NCBI GenBank assembly: GCA_965215565.1
Contig: CBDCDZ010000004.1
Coordinates: forward strand, 64,001-128,000
From: Trueperaceae bacterium
Lineage (GTDB): Bacteria > Deinococcota > Deinococci > Deinococcales > Trueperaceae
DNA length: 64,000 nucleotides
Direction: 5' to 3'
The stretch's first letter is position 1; the number at the start of each line of letters is the position of its first letter. The notes beneath the pieces are model-generated. The model saw only the letters and a list, made by a program, of their open reading frames with translations. It was not told where the DNA came from and did no database searches. Positions 30,318 to 40,873 of this stretch are shown here, in pieces. A program made the position numbers and the translations under genes.

Positions 30318-31340
30318 GTGGGTATGATTCAGAGCGATTATTTGACCGAACGCGGGGCGCGAATTGCTGAGGGAAGGGTCTCGAGCTTCTCAGACCTCAG
30401 GGATGAAGTTCACGCCCTTACGCAAAGCGCAGGGCTCGTTCCCCTCCTCAACACGACACCGCTTCGCCTCACCGGAACAGACCGTTTAGACTTCTTACAT
30501 GGACAAGTCAGCAATAGCGTCAAAGGTCTAAAAGCTGGCGAGAGCAACACCTCTTTGATGCTCAACGTCAAGGGGCACGCCCTCGCGCAGATGCGCGTGT
30601 ACCGCCGTGAGGATGACCTCTTCGTGGGGGTTGAGGGCGGCGCAGGTGAGTTTGTTCAGCGTGAGCTGAAAGCGCACATCATCTTCGATCAGGTGGAACT
30701 CGAGAATCTGTCTGACACCATCACCTCTTTCACATTACAAGGTGCGAGGGCTCAAGAGGTTCTGACCAACATTTTTGAAACCGAGTTGCCGAGTGAGGGA
30801 GTTTTTATCCAGCCTGCATTTGAAAGTGCCAAAGTCCTCGTCAGCCCCTCAAAACGGAGCGCGGCGGGTGGCTTTGACCTGCACGTGTTGAGTAGGGACG
30901 CGCAGACATTGTTTGAAAAGCTCGAGCAAGCGGGTATGGTGCCCGCAGGTGAAGACGCTTTAGAAGCCGTGCGCGTGGCAGCCGGCATCGCCTCGGCGTG
31001 GGGTGAAGGTGGCGAAGGGGCGCTGCCACAAGAGGTTGGCTTAGAGCACGCCGTGTCGTACCGCAAAGGCTGCTACTTAGGTCAAGAGATCATGGCGCGA
31101 ATCGAGGCGCGGGGCAAGCTGCGCAAAGGCTTGAGAGGGTTGACGTTAAGTGCGCTTCCCAGGAATGGCGCAAAAGACCTCTTGCTGAACGGAAAAAAAA
31201 TTGGGCGGCTCGGGACGGTTGTGGAGCATCCAGATTTAGGCGTGATCGGTCTGGCGAGTGTGCGTAGGGAGTTGGAAGCGGGGCGAGAGGTTGAGGTGGA
31301 CGAAGTGACCGCGACAATTACAGATTTACCTTTTATCTGA
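30318..31340 (+). CDS. ygfZ: Folate-binding YgfZ/GcvT family protein
   Basis: DRLDFLHGQVSN and KGCYLGQE signature. Confidence 0.9.
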   Translation: MGMIQSDYLTERGARIAEGRVSSFSDLRDEVHALTQSAGLVPLLNTTPLRLTGTDRLDFLHGQVSNSVKGLKAGESNTSLMLNVKGHALAQMRVYRREDDLFVGVEGGAGEFVQRELKAHIIFDQVELENLSDTITSFTLQGARAQEVLTNIFETELPSEGVFIQPAFESAKVLVSPSKRSAAGGFDLHVLSRDAQTLFEKLEQAGMVPAGEDALEAVRVAAGIASAWGEGGEGALPQEVGLEHAVSYRKGCYLGQEIMARIEARGKLRKGLRGLTLSALPRNGAKDLLLNGKKIGRLGTVVEHPDLGVIGLASVRRELEAGREVEVDEVTATITDLPFI

Positions 31341-31379
31341 ACCGATGCTCCCTACGAGACGAAGTCGGGTGAGGATTCT

Positions 31380-32864
31380 CTACTGCGCAGGCACCGCCCT
31401 CTCCCGCGCCCACGCCCTAAGCTCAGCGAGCGTTTCGGCGTAGGTTTGAGAGAGGGGGCGCGTGGACGCTATCTCACTGAGGAGCGTCTGCGCCGAGAGG
31501 TCCGTTCCTTCCGAGAACGCCGTGTAGAGCCCCGCGACAATCGCTCCTTCGATCTCCGCACCGCTAAACCCCGCCGTGCACTCCGCGAGCTTACCTAAAT
31601 CGAAAACGCGCGGGTCACGCCCCCTCTTAGAGAGGTGAAGCGCTAAAATCTCCCGCCGCGCCGCTGCGTCGGGCAGGTCCACGAAGAAAATCTCGTCGAA
31701 GCGCCCCTTGCGCACCAGCTCGGGAGGTAGCTTAGTGATGTCGTTTGCGGTGGCCACGACGAATACCTCACCGCGCCGCTCCTGTAGCCAAGCCAAGAAG
31801 CTCCCCAACACGCGCCCCGACGCGCCCCCGTCCATGTCGCTAGCGGGCGCGAACGCCTTCTCGATCTCGTCGATCCAGAGGACGACGGGCGACATCTTCT
31901 CCGCCGTTTTCGTCGCCCTCTCCAAGTTCTTCTCGGTTTCGCCGATATACTTGTCGTACATTTTGGCGGGGTCCATCTTGAGGAGCGGCAAGCCCCACGC
32001 GGACGCTACCGCTTTCGCGCACAGGCTTTTGCCGCAGCCCTGGACGCCTAAAAGCAGCACGCCTTTGGGAAAGGTCAGCCCGAACTGGGCGGCGCGTTCG
32101 GGCTCCAGGAGGATTTTGCGCCGCTTTTCTAACCAGGCTTTGAGCCCCTCTAAGCCCGCCAGTTCCACTACGTTTTCTTCGGCAGGGTAGTATTCCAAAA
32201 GCCCGTCTCGGCCGAGGATGCCCCGCTTCGCTGCGATGACCCGTTCCGTGTCGGCGGGGCTCAGCATGTTGTCCTCGACCATGACCTTGGTGAGTACCTT
32301 TTCCGCCTCTAAGAGCGTCAGCCCTTTGAGGTGGCCCACGAGCTGGTCAAGCTCGCGCTGCGTCATGTGGACCTCAACGTGAATGTGCTTTTTGAGATCG
32401 CGGTAGACGTGCGTGACGAGGTCGCGGTATTCGCTCAGGTTGGGGAGCGGTAAGGACAGGGTAGCGCTCATCTCTCTTAACGGAGTAGGCACCTCCAGTT
32501 CAGCGCCTGTCACGATGATCGCGCCGTCACGCCGCCCAAACGCCCAGACTGCGTCTTTGAGCTTCGTCGCGACCACGCGGTCCTCTAAGTCCGCCCCCAA
32601 TCCCTGAAAGTTGTAGAGCGCCGAGCGCTGCAAGCGCTCTACCTCGCCCAGCGCGGCAACGGGCGCGAGGGTGTCGCGCGACATCGCAAGTTGAAAGGGC
32701 TCGCGCAGTCCCTTCGTGCGCGTCCAGGTGTAAAAGGGGAGGCGCAAGCGCTCCGCAAGCTGCGCGAGGAGCGTTTCGGCGCGCCCTTTTTCAGTAGTTT
32801 CTAGGAAGATAAGGGGGTAGCGTGAGCGCACAAGCAGCTCTAAATCGCTTAAAATCGTCGCCAC
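31380..32864 (-). CDS. AAA+ ATPase, Ycf46-like
   Basis: [10 protein letters not shown]-domain, [27 protein letters not shown] 32864 is the probable start. Confidence 0.85.
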   Translation of the reverse strand: MATILSDLELLVRSRYPLIFLETTEKGRAETLLAQLAERLRLPFYTWTRTKGLREPFQLAMSRDTLAPVAALGEVERLQRSALYNFQGLGADLEDRVVATKLKDAVWAFGRRDGAIIVTGAELEVPTPLREMSATLSLPLPNLSEYRDLVTHVYRDLKKHIHVEVHMTQRELDQLVGHLKGLTLLEAEKVLTKVMVEDNMLSPADTERVIAAKRGILGRDGLLEYYPAEENVVELAGLEGLKAWLEKRRKILLEPERAAQFGLTFPKGVLLLGVQGCGKSLCAKAVASAWGLPLLKMDPAKMYDKYIGETEKNLERATKTAEKMSPVVLWIDEIEKAFAPASDMDGGASGRVLGSFLAWLQERRGEVFVVATANDITKLPPELVRKGRFDEIFFVDLPDAAARREILALHLSKRGRDPRVFDLGKLAECTAGFSGAEIEGAIVAGLYTAFSEGTDLSAQTLLSEIASTRPLSQTYAETLAELRAWARERAVPAQ

Positions 32865-33146
32865 AGTTAAGCGAGCGTAGCACCTGGCGGACGCCCAGGC
32901 GGTGGAATAGTTCTCGAGCCTAACCCCGCCCCCAACCCTGCTATGTCCGACTCCAGTAGCAGGTATCATCTGGTTTGAGACACGCCCACTAGATAAAACG
33001 ACGTCTAGCGCGCACATTCGATGATGATACCTGCGCTCATCCGCCTCAGTATGTCTTGGAACTGCTACAGCAAGCGTTTTGGAGCGATTGGCATGTGGTG
33101 AGCCAATCGCTCCAAAACGCTTCTCCTATCTCAAGCGCTCTGAGCG

Positions 33147-33953
33147 CTACTTCACCGCGCCCATCGTGATCCCGCTGACGAAGTGTCGCCGGATAAAGAG
33201 CGACAGGACAAAGATAGGCACCATGATGAGAAGCCCCGTCGCTGACATCAACTCCCACTGTACGCCTTGCGACGTCTGCGTCGCCAAGAGCCCGACTTGC
33301 AGCGTCTCGGCGTTGTCGCTGTTCGTCATGATGAGTGCAAACAAAAACTCGTTCCAGGCGAGGATGAAGGAGAACGCCGCCGCCACGATGACGCCGGGGG
33401 CGATGAGCGGAAAGGTCACGTACTGCAAAATTTGAAAGATGTTGCAGCCATCCACCGTCGCCGCTTCTTCAATCTCCACGGGTTGCGCGTCCACAAAACC
33501 CTTGATGAGCCAAATCGCGTAGGGGAGCACCAGCGACAAGTTGACGATGATGAGCGCCCAGGGCGTATCGAGTAGGTTGATGTTGCGAAAGAGCGTGAAG
33601 AAGGGAATACCTACGACCACGGGCGGCACGAACTGGGTGGCGAGTACCCACACCAATAAAAAGGTGCTGAAGCGGAAGCGGTAACGTGAGAAGACGTACG
33701 CGGCTGCCACCGCTAAAGGGATGGCAATAATGATCGTCCCGAGCGAAATGATAAAACTGTTACGCAGGAGCGGACCGAAGTTAAAGGGGTTGGCGAAGAT
33801 CTCGACGAAATTTTGCAGTGTGGGCTGGAAGAACACGTTGAGTGTAAAGACTGCCTGCTCCCGCTTAAAAGCGGTAATTGTAATCCAGAAGATAGGCACG
33901 ATGATGTAAAGCAAGATGAGGGCGCGCCCGACGTTCTCGAGAAGTTTAGACAT
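33147..33953 (-). CDS. Carbohydrate (CUT1) ABC permease, MalG-like
   Basis: EEAATVDG loop, AWNEFLFA, GITMGAVK. Confidence 0.93.
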   Translation of the reverse strand: MSKLLENVGRALILLYIIVPIFWITITAFKREQAVFTLNVFFQPTLQNFVEIFANPFNFGPLLRNSFIISLGTIIIAIPLAVAAAYVFSRYRFRFSTFLLVWVLATQFVPPVVVGIPFFTLFRNINLLDTPWALIIVNLSLVLPYAIWLIKGFVDAQPVEIEEAATVDGCNIFQILQYVTFPLIAPGVIVAAAFSFILAWNEFLFALIMTNSDNAETLQVGLLATQTSQGVQWELMSATGLLIMVPIFVLSLFIRRHFVSGITMGAVK

Positions 33954-33963
33954 GATGCCCCTC

Positions 33964-34848
33964 TCAGTTCTGCCGCTGCAAGACGAGATAGACGTAAGCG
34001 AACGCGAAAATAGACATGAGAATCACCAGAATCCAAGCAAGCGCCGAGGCGTAGCCCATATCGAGGTTGCGAAAGGCGTTCTGGTAGACATAGTAGTTGA
34101 GCGTCTGCGTCGCGCGCCCCGGACCGCCCCCCGTCATGGTGACGACTTGAGCAAAGAGCTTCAAGGAGAAGATCGTTTTAAGTAGCGCAACGATTAAGAT
34201 AACGGGTAAGAGCAGTGGCAAGGTGATCGAGCGGAAGATTTGCAAGCGGTTCGCGCCGTCGATGCGGGCCGCCTCATAGAGGTTTTCAGAGATCGAGCCG
34301 AGCGCGCCGATGAACATGAGCGCGATAAGCGGAGCCCAGCCCCACACCTCCGACATCGCCATCCAGAAGAGCGCCCAGAAGGGCTGCGCGAGCCAGATGA
34401 TACCGTCCAAGAAGGGAAAGAGGGTGCCCACCATCCAGTCATACACGCCGTAGTTCGGATTGAGCATAAAGCGCCAGGAGAAACCCTTGAGCGCAGGGCT
34501 CACCGCGTAGGGAAAGATGAGGAGCACGCGAATCGCGGTGTTGAAGCGGGTCTCGCGCTGCAAGACGAGCGCGAACGCCAAGCCCAGCCCGAGCGAAAAG
34601 GCGACGGAGATGGCAGTGTAGAGGACCGTCACACCCATGCTGTTTAAGAACGCTCCATCCTCGAACGCGCGGAGGTAGTTCTCGAAGCCTACCCACTCGC
34701 CCGGCTCAGGCGAGCGGTTGAGCCGCCACAAGCGGAAGCTCGTCAGAAAGGCGGAGATAAGGGGATACGTCGTCGTCGCTGCAACGACGAGCAGCGCTGG
34801 AACGACCAGCGCTGCGATCGAAAGAGGATTACGCCGCATGGACGGCAC
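33964..34848 (-). CDS. Carbohydrate (CUT1) ABC permease, MalF-like
   Basis: GFENY, YEAARIDGA, TGGGPG; start uncertain. Confidence 0.93.
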   Translation of the reverse strand: MPSMRRNPLSIAALVVPALLVVAATTTYPLISAFLTSFRLWRLNRSPEPGEWVGFENYLRAFEDGAFLNSMGVTVLYTAISVAFSLGLGLAFALVLQRETRFNTAIRVLLIFPYAVSPALKGFSWRFMLNPNYGVYDWMVGTLFPFLDGIIWLAQPFWALFWMAMSEVWGWAPLIALMFIGALGSISENLYEAARIDGANRLQIFRSITLPLLLPVILIVALLKTIFSLKLFAQVVTMTGGGPGRATQTLNYYVYQNAFRNLDMGYASALAWILVILMSIFAFAYVYLVLQRQN

Positions 34849-35000
34849 CGAGGCTTGCTTGTGTCATGGCTCCCACCAATCTTGTTTCTCAGCAATGCGT
34901 GGCGAGTAGTGAGTGAAATTCAAAGGCTTTAGACTCATTGCTCGTTACTCATTGCTTAAGAATTAGTCACCCTGCGGACGCAACCTGCTACGCGCCGACC

Positions 35001-36362
35001 TCAATCATTGTAGTACCCCGCGCGGTCCATCGCCTGTTCGACGTTCGCCGCTGCGTCGTCCAAGGTTGCTTGGGCGTCCGCGCCGTTGGCGATTTCGTTG
35101 ATGGCGACTTCTAAGATGTTTTGCACCTCGAGCCAGTTCGAAATTAAGGGCGTCGAGCGGGCGTTGGAGAGCGTCTCCGCCATCACGCGCTGCAAGCCGT
35201 CGTCAGCTTCGTAGACGTTCGGGTCTTGCAACACCGAGAGGTGCACCGCGACCACCGTGTTGAGGTCCGGCTCGTCGTTGTCGTTGACGACTGCGCGGTC
35301 GAGTTCGGCGCTCGAAATCCACTGGAGGTACTCGTACGCAGCCTCTTTGTTGTCCGACGCGCTGAACATCCCTACCGGCCAGAGGTAGCCGTACGAGGTC
35401 CTGTCGCCCCCCTCCCAGCCGGGCGCAGCCACGAACGCAGTGTTCTCCTGCACTTCGGGCGTCGCAGAGTCCGAGCTGAAGCGGGTGAACATCCACGACC
35501 AGCCTACGAACATCGCGGCGCGCCCTTGCACCATCTCCTGGTTCGCCTCCTGCTCGTTAAAGGCGAGCGAAGCGTCGTCGGTCACGTTGAAGTCCTGTAC
35601 CAAGTCCGCGTAGTAGTTCGCCGCCTCGACGCCCGCCTCATTGTTGAATACGGGGCGCAAGTTCTCGTCAAAGATGTCGCCGCCATTGCCCCAGAGCATC
35701 GAGAAGTAGTTGAAGAGGTTCTGCCCCGCATTGATGCCGTAGTACATAGCGATGGGCTCTAAGTTGGTCTGTTCGCGGATGACTTGCCCCACTTCGACGA
35801 TCTGCTGCCACGTCTGCGGCACCTCTAAGCCCAACTCTTCGAACACGTCGGCGCGGTAGTAGAGCATTTGGGCGTGACCGCGCAGCGGGAAGCCGTAGGT
35901 GGTGTCGGTCCCCATGCGGCTCGAGTCGATATAGGCTTGCGGGTAATCCTCCATCGTCTTGCCCGACTCCGCCATGTACTCGTCTAAGGGCTCGATGAAG
36001 TTCTGCAAGCCGACGCCCCACGAGTCCACCCAAAAGGCGAGGTCATACGTGCCTGTACCCGAGGAGCCCTGGAGCAAAAGCTCATCCTGGAAGTTGCCGA
36101 AGGGCGTGCTGTCCCACTCGACGCTGATGCCTGTAAGCTCCTGAAATTCGCCGCTAGTGCGCTCGATCATGTTGGCTAACTGCGGCGCGGTGGGACAGCA
36201 GCTCAAAATCCGCAGCTCGGTGCCCTCGAAAGGTTTACCCTCCTGGAGCCCGTAGGTTGCCGCCGTCGGCGCTGAACTTGACTCGCCCGTATCTTGCGCC
36301 GAGACCAGCCCAAAAGTGAGCACCAGGAGCGCGGTTAGGGATAATCGACTTGCACATGTCAT
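35001..36362 (-). CDS. CUT1 ABC substrate-binding protein
   Basis: Sec signal (VSA-Q), LYYRADVFEELGLEVPQTW; ATG after AGGAGG. Confidence 0.92.
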   Translation of the reverse strand: MTCASRLSLTALLVLTFGLVSAQDTGESSSAPTAATYGLQEGKPFEGTELRILSCCPTAPQLANMIERTSGEFQELTGISVEWDSTPFGNFQDELLLQGSSGTGTYDLAFWVDSWGVGLQNFIEPLDEYMAESGKTMEDYPQAYIDSSRMGTDTTYGFPLRGHAQMLYYRADVFEELGLEVPQTWQQIVEVGQVIREQTNLEPIAMYYGINAGQNLFNYFSMLWGNGGDIFDENLRPVFNNEAGVEAANYYADLVQDFNVTDDASLAFNEQEANQEMVQGRAAMFVGWSWMFTRFSSDSATPEVQENTAFVAAPGWEGGDRTSYGYLWPVGMFSASDNKEAAYEYLQWISSAELDRAVVNDNDEPDLNTVVAVHLSVLQDPNVYEADDGLQRVMAETLSNARSTPLISNWLEVQNILEVAINEIANGADAQATLDDAAANVEQAMDRAGYYND

Positions 36363-36649
36363 CTGAGACCTCCTAGTCACAGTCTGGCGTCTCGATAGGA
36401 TGGTTCAACTGGGCTGAGCAGCTACACGACCTTATCCGGTAGCGTCTTATCCAGTAACGTGCTTGTACGTTCGAGACCTCTCGGGACAGATTCCGAGCGG
36501 ACTTGTGAGTGCCGACTGTGAATTATCTCATCCACTAAAGTACCTTTTATCGAGAGGCCTTGTCAATTGTTTGACACGCCTCTTTTTCGTGAGCGACGCA
36601 TTAAATGTAGGCTCGAGCCCACAAAATTCGCCGCCCCAGACCCCCTCTA

Positions 36650-36918
36650 ATACCCTTTCCGGTTAATTCCTAAAGGAATTAACCCGAGTAAAGAGTCTTC
36701 AACCGATGGTAATATCAACGAATAGCCAGTACGAGCCATTTACAACGGCATGATACGCAGTCGCGTGGACCCTAGAACGGGCAAAGCCCGCCCCGTTGGG
36801 GCTAGTTCGCTCCCGCTAGCGGTTGAGGACTCTCTAACGAGCAGAAACAAGTACGGATTCCGATGATAGCGGAATCAACTCTGCAAGAGTTTATGCAGCA
36901 ATCAATCGGAATCCGTAT
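36650..36918. repeat. SRE-like repeat (family A, copy 2) with nested inserts
   Basis: ATACCCTTTCCGG...CGGAATCCGTAT; shares both ends with 5411-5576; contains the 36-bp unit at 36773-36808. Confidence 0.75.
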
Positions 36919-37149
36919 AACCCCACTGCTAAGCTAAAAGGGTACGCCTGTAATACCAAAGTGATTTAAGGGTGTCACAACGTGACATCCTTAAACGCTC
37001 GTACCCCCTGCGGGGTGCTCCCACTTGATGAGCGTAACTTCGAACGCCCACACATTGTGACACCCCCTTTTCAGTCTGGTATAAGCTATTCTGAAATGCG
37101 ACGATGAATCTTTACAGCAGTGAGAAATTCGGGTAAAGTCTAGACCTCT

Positions 37150-37165
37150 TTGCATACGTATTCTA
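37150..37165. promoter_or_regulatory. Candidate LacI-family operator
   Basis: TTGCATAC|GTATTCTA, imperfect palindrome with central CG just before the cupin RBS. Confidence 0.5.
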
Positions 37166-37182
37166 GCTCGAAAGGAGCGCAC

Positions 37183-37803
37183 GTGGACAGCATCAAAACA
37201 GACCCAGCAACCAGCCCGATGGAGGGGCGCGTCGCCCGCTTCGCTGAGCTTAAAAAGCGCGGCACGCCGCTTATGTTCATCGACAGCATCCTAGAGGGTC
37301 ACCAGCGGATGAACTACGCCCTGATCGGCGACACCGCCAGCGAAAACGACCACTACGATCCCCTCATTACCGCGCCGCACGGCTTCCAAGTCGGCATCGT
37401 CAAGGCGAAGCCGGGCAACGGTCCCGCGTACCACACGCACGACTACGTCGAGGCGTTCATGCCGCTCAAAGGTAAGTGGCGCTTTTATTGGGGCGAAGAG
37501 CCCGACAAGGTGGATGACGACACCATCATCGAAGAGTGGGACCTGATTTCGCTCCCGCCGAAGCTCTGGCGCGGCTTTGAAGTCTTGGACGATACCAATA
37601 ACAGTGGCGCAGAGGGTTGGATTTTGGGCATTTTAGAGGAACACAAGGTCTTTTCAGGTAAAGACCCCTACTGGGCTCCGCAGGTCATCCGCCAAGCCGC
37701 CGAGCAGGGCTTCGACGCGGATGATTCGGGCAAGATGATTAAGCCCAAGCACTACGAGGAGTTGGAGCGCCAAATGCGCGAAAAGTTGGATAGCGACGCT
37801 TGA
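37183..37803 (+). CDS. Cupin-domain protein
   Basis: GPAYHTHDYVEAF motif 1; motif 2 LPPKLWRGF lacks the usual His; GTG after AAAGGAG. Confidence 0.85.
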   Translation: MDSIKTDPATSPMEGRVARFAELKKRGTPLMFIDSILEGHQRMNYALIGDTASENDHYDPLITAPHGFQVGIVKAKPGNGPAYHTHDYVEAFMPLKGKWRFYWGEEPDKVDDDTIIEEWDLISLPPKLWRGFEVLDDTNNSGAEGWILGILEEHKVFSGKDPYWAPQVIRQAAEQGFDADDSGKMIKPKHYEELERQMREKLDSDA

Positions 37804-38492
37804 GTGACGTGAAACAACCTCTTGTATTACTCCCCGGAACCCTCTGTGACGAACATCTGTGGGCGCATCAGGTGAAGCACTTAGCGGATATAGCGGAGAT
37901 ACATTTTGGCGACCTCTCCAAGAGTTCGTCTGTTGTGAATGTAGCAGGGGATGTTCTAAAGAATGCACCGGATGAATTCGCTCTAGCAGGGCACTCGATG
38001 GGCGCAATTATTGCCTTTGAAATTATGAGGCGAGCGCCGGAGCGCGTCACTAAGCTCGCCATCTTGAGCGGCAACGCGAGAGGTTCGACGCCTGCGAATT
38101 TTGAAACGTGGAACACCTGGGAAGAGATGACGCGCTCGGGGCGTTTTGAAGAGGTCTTAGAGGCGCTGACAAACTGGACGCACCGAGACGATTCACTTCT
38201 CCACTCCGTCATCAAGCTCATGGGACAGCGCGTCGGTGAGGAGGCGTTTTTGAAGCAGTTGGATACGCTGAGGAGCCGCGAAGACCGCCGCGAGATGCTC
38301 CCTGAGATCGAGTGTCCGACGCTGCTCATTGTAGGGCGGAGCGACCCGGCGACGCCCGTCGAACTCCACGAAGAGATCAAAGAGAGGATGCTCCAAGCCG
38401 CGCTCGTCGTGGTTGAAGAGTGTGGGCACTACAGTATGCTCGAGCAACCCGTCACTGTCACTAGCGCGTTGCGGACTTGGTTGGTGAACTAG
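37800..38492 (+). CDS. Alpha/beta-fold hydrolase
   Basis: LLPG, GHSMG nucleophile elbow, GRSD, CGH. Confidence 0.9.
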   Translation: MSDVKQPLVLLPGTLCDEHLWAHQVKHLADIAEIHFGDLSKSSSVVNVAGDVLKNAPDEFALAGHSMGAIIAFEIMRRAPERVTKLAILSGNARGSTPANFETWNTWEEMTRSGRFEEVLEALTNWTHRDDSLLHSVIKLMGQRVGEEAFLKQLDTLRSREDRREMLPEIECPTLLIVGRSDPATPVELHEEIKERMLQAALVVVEECGHYSMLEQPVTVTSALRTWLVN

Positions 38493-38507
38493 ATGCGGGT
38501 AAATTGA

Positions 38508-39294
38508 ATGAGACGCAACCTCTTAAAACAAGCCTTCGAACGTGGCGACTCCGTATTGAACGGTTGGCTCCACATCCCCTCGTCTATCAGCGCCGAGGTG
38601 ATGGCGCACGCAGGCTTCGACAGCCTCACGGTGGACATGCAGCATGGGCTCAGCCACTTCGAGAGCGCCGTGCCGATGTTTCAGGCGATTTCGACGACGG
38701 ACACCGTCCCGCTTGGCCCGCGTGCCCTGGAACGAGCCCGGCATCATCATGAAGCTCTTAGACGCGGGCTGTTACGGCGTCATCTGCCCGATGATCAACA
38801 GCGCAGACGAGGCGGCGGCGTTCGTGGGCGCGTGCCGCTATCCACCACACGGCTACAGGAGTTATGGACCGACGCGGGCGTCACTCTATGCGGGGTCAGA
38901 CTACGCCGCAAATGCGAACGAAGAGGTTTTGACCTTGGCGATGATTGAGACAGAGGCAGGGTTGGAGAACCTGGAAGAAATCGTCCAAGTTCCTGGTTTA
39001 GACGCGGTTTACGTTGGCCCGGCGGACTTGAGCCAGAGCTTAGGTGGCAAGCCCGGCGCAGATTTCGAAGAGGGTCCGGTAGTGGAAGCGTTAGAGCGTA
39101 TCGTTAAAGTCGCCCGTGAGCATAACGTCGTCGCTGGACTTCACAATAATTCGACAAAGTACGCAAAAAAGATGATCGACATGGGCTATCAGTTCGTCAC
39201 CGTGGAAACCGACATTCGGCTCTTGTCAGGTGCAGCGAGGAGGATTGTAGGCGAGGTAAAAGTCGAGCAGGAAGCATCAAAAGCAAGCTATTAG
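38508..39294 (+). pseudogene. HpcH/HpaI class II aldolase, frameshifted near 38713
   Basis: N-half AGFDSLTVDMQHG and C-half LARVP..LLDAG..MIET..VGPADL lie in different frames; one extra base in CCGCTTGGCC. Confidence 0.85.
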
Positions 39295-39437
39295 CCGCCC
39301 ATAGAAACAGGGAGCAAGAAGATAAGGGCAGTACTGCAAGCACTACGACTTAGCGTCTCAGATATTTCCTGACGAGCTGAAATGCTGACTAGCTAATACC
39401 TGTAAACCATCCAAATTCCATACAAGGAGGAAGGCAG

Positions 39438-40724
39438 ATGAAGTACATCAAAGAAGGCATGAGCGTCGAAGAGCGCGAGACCATCAGTGACGACGTACAG
39501 GAGAAGGTCAAAGGTCTCCTCGCAGACGTTAAGAAGCGCGGCGACGAGGCGGTGCGCGAGTTATCAGACAAGTTCGACAACTACACGCCCGAGAGCTTCC
39601 TCTTGTCGCAAGAGGAGATCGACGAGGCGACGGAACAGGTTTCAGAGGAGGAACTGAACGCCATCAAGTTCTCCTTAGAGCAGGTGCGCACTTTCGCTAA
39701 AGCCCAGCGTGACTCCATCAAAGACATCGAAGTCGAAACGCGCCCCGGCGTTACGCTCGGTCACAAGAACATCCCGATGAACGCGGTGGGCTGCTACATT
39801 CCTGGCGGACGCTACCCGATGATCGCCTCTGCAATCATGAGCATCGCCACGGCGAAAGCGGCGGGTGTAAAGCGCGTGGTGGCGTGTACGCCGCCAAAAG
39901 ACGGCAAACCCTACCCCGCAACCGTCGCGACGATGACCCTAGCCGGAGCCGATGAAATCTACGTCCTTGGCGGTGTCCAGGCGATGGCGGCGATGGCGCT
40001 CGGCACGGAAGCGATTGAGCCTGTGGATTTCCTAGTCGGACCGGGCAACGCCTTTGTCGCGGAGGCGAAGCGGCAGCTTTTCGGCAAAGTGGGCATCGAC
40101 CTCTTAGCAGGACCGACGGAAATTCTCGTCATTGCGGACGAAACCGCCGACGCGGAGATGGTGGCGACTGACCTCTTAGGACAAGCGGAGCACGGGACGA
40201 ACTCGCCCGCCGTCCTCCTGACGAGCAGTGAAGACCTCGCAAACAGCATCCAAGCGGAAATCGACAAGCAGTTAGAAACCCTCCCCACCGCCGAGGTCGC
40301 CGGAAAAGCCTGGCAGGATTACGGGCAGATTATCCTCGTTGATAGCGATGAAGAACTCGTGGAGCAGGCGGACATCCTCGCCTCGGAGCACGTCGAGATT
40401 TTGACCCGCGACCCCGACTACTTCCTAGAGCACATGACCAACTACGGCTCGCTCTTCTTGGGACCGGAAACGAACGTCGCGTACGGCGACAAGACCATCG
40501 GCACGAACCACATCCTACCGACAGGCAAGGCGGCGCGGTATACGGGCGGGCTCTGGGTTGGCAAATATCTCAAGACGGTGACCTACCAAAAGTGCACGCC
40601 CGAAGCGAGCGTAGAAATCGGCGAGAACTGCGCGAAAATCTGCGAAATTGAGGGGTTTGAGGGGCACAAGAAGCAAGCCGAGTTGCGCGTGGAGCGGTAC
40701 GGGAAGGCGCTCGAGAAGGCGTAG
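39438..40724 (+). CDS. HisD/HpsN-family NAD-dependent dehydrogenase (catabolic paralog)
   Basis: [41 protein letters not shown] where HisD has GDY, as in HpsN-like enzymes; no his genes nearby. Confidence 0.88.
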   Translation: MKYIKEGMSVEERETISDDVQEKVKGLLADVKKRGDEAVRELSDKFDNYTPESFLLSQEEIDEATEQVSEEELNAIKFSLEQVRTFAKAQRDSIKDIEVETRPGVTLGHKNIPMNAVGCYIPGGRYPMIASAIMSIATAKAAGVKRVVACTPPKDGKPYPATVATMTLAGADEIYVLGGVQAMAAMALGTEAIEPVDFLVGPGNAFVAEAKRQLFGKVGIDLLAGPTEILVIADETADAEMVATDLLGQAEHGTNSPAVLLTSSEDLANSIQAEIDKQLETLPTAEVAGKAWQDYGQIILVDSDEELVEQADILASEHVEILTRDPDYFLEHMTNYGSLFLGPETNVAYGDKTIGTNHILPTGKAARYTGGLWVGKYLKTVTYQKCTPEASVEIGENCAKICEIEGFEGHKKQAELRVERYGKALEKA

Positions 40725-40736
40725 AGAAAAGAGAAA

Positions 40737-40866
40737 AGGACTGATCGGCTTGCCTGTCGCGCGTGGCGCGCTCCCGCTAGCAGCGAAGCTGAGGACTGAG
40801 AAAGAGATTTTTACTCAGTCCCTCCGCTCTGCGGAAACTTCGTAACAGCACTCAGTCCTTTCCTCT
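40737..40866. repeat. GGACTGAG/CTCAGTCC hairpin repeat (family C)
   Basis: Reverse complement AAGGACTGAGTGCTGTTACGAAGTTTCCGC...AGGGACTGAGTA matches 60318-60365. Confidence 0.7.
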
Positions 40867-40873
40867 CATCATC

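Noticed and set aside
33147..36362. Missing ATPase in the sugar ABC operon as a lesion
   Set aside because: CUT1 systems often share a MalK/MsiK ATPase encoded elsewhere.
37001..37018. Third CsoR-like box (TACCCCCTGCGGGGTG)
   Set aside because: Right arm lacks GTAT and the context is unrelated.
39438..40724. Histidine-biosynthetic hisD or authentic hpsN
   Set aside because: Catabolic context and YGDK differ from HisD; YPMIAS and GGLWVGK differ from what I recall of HpsN, and no sulfonate genes are nearby. Left as a family-level call.
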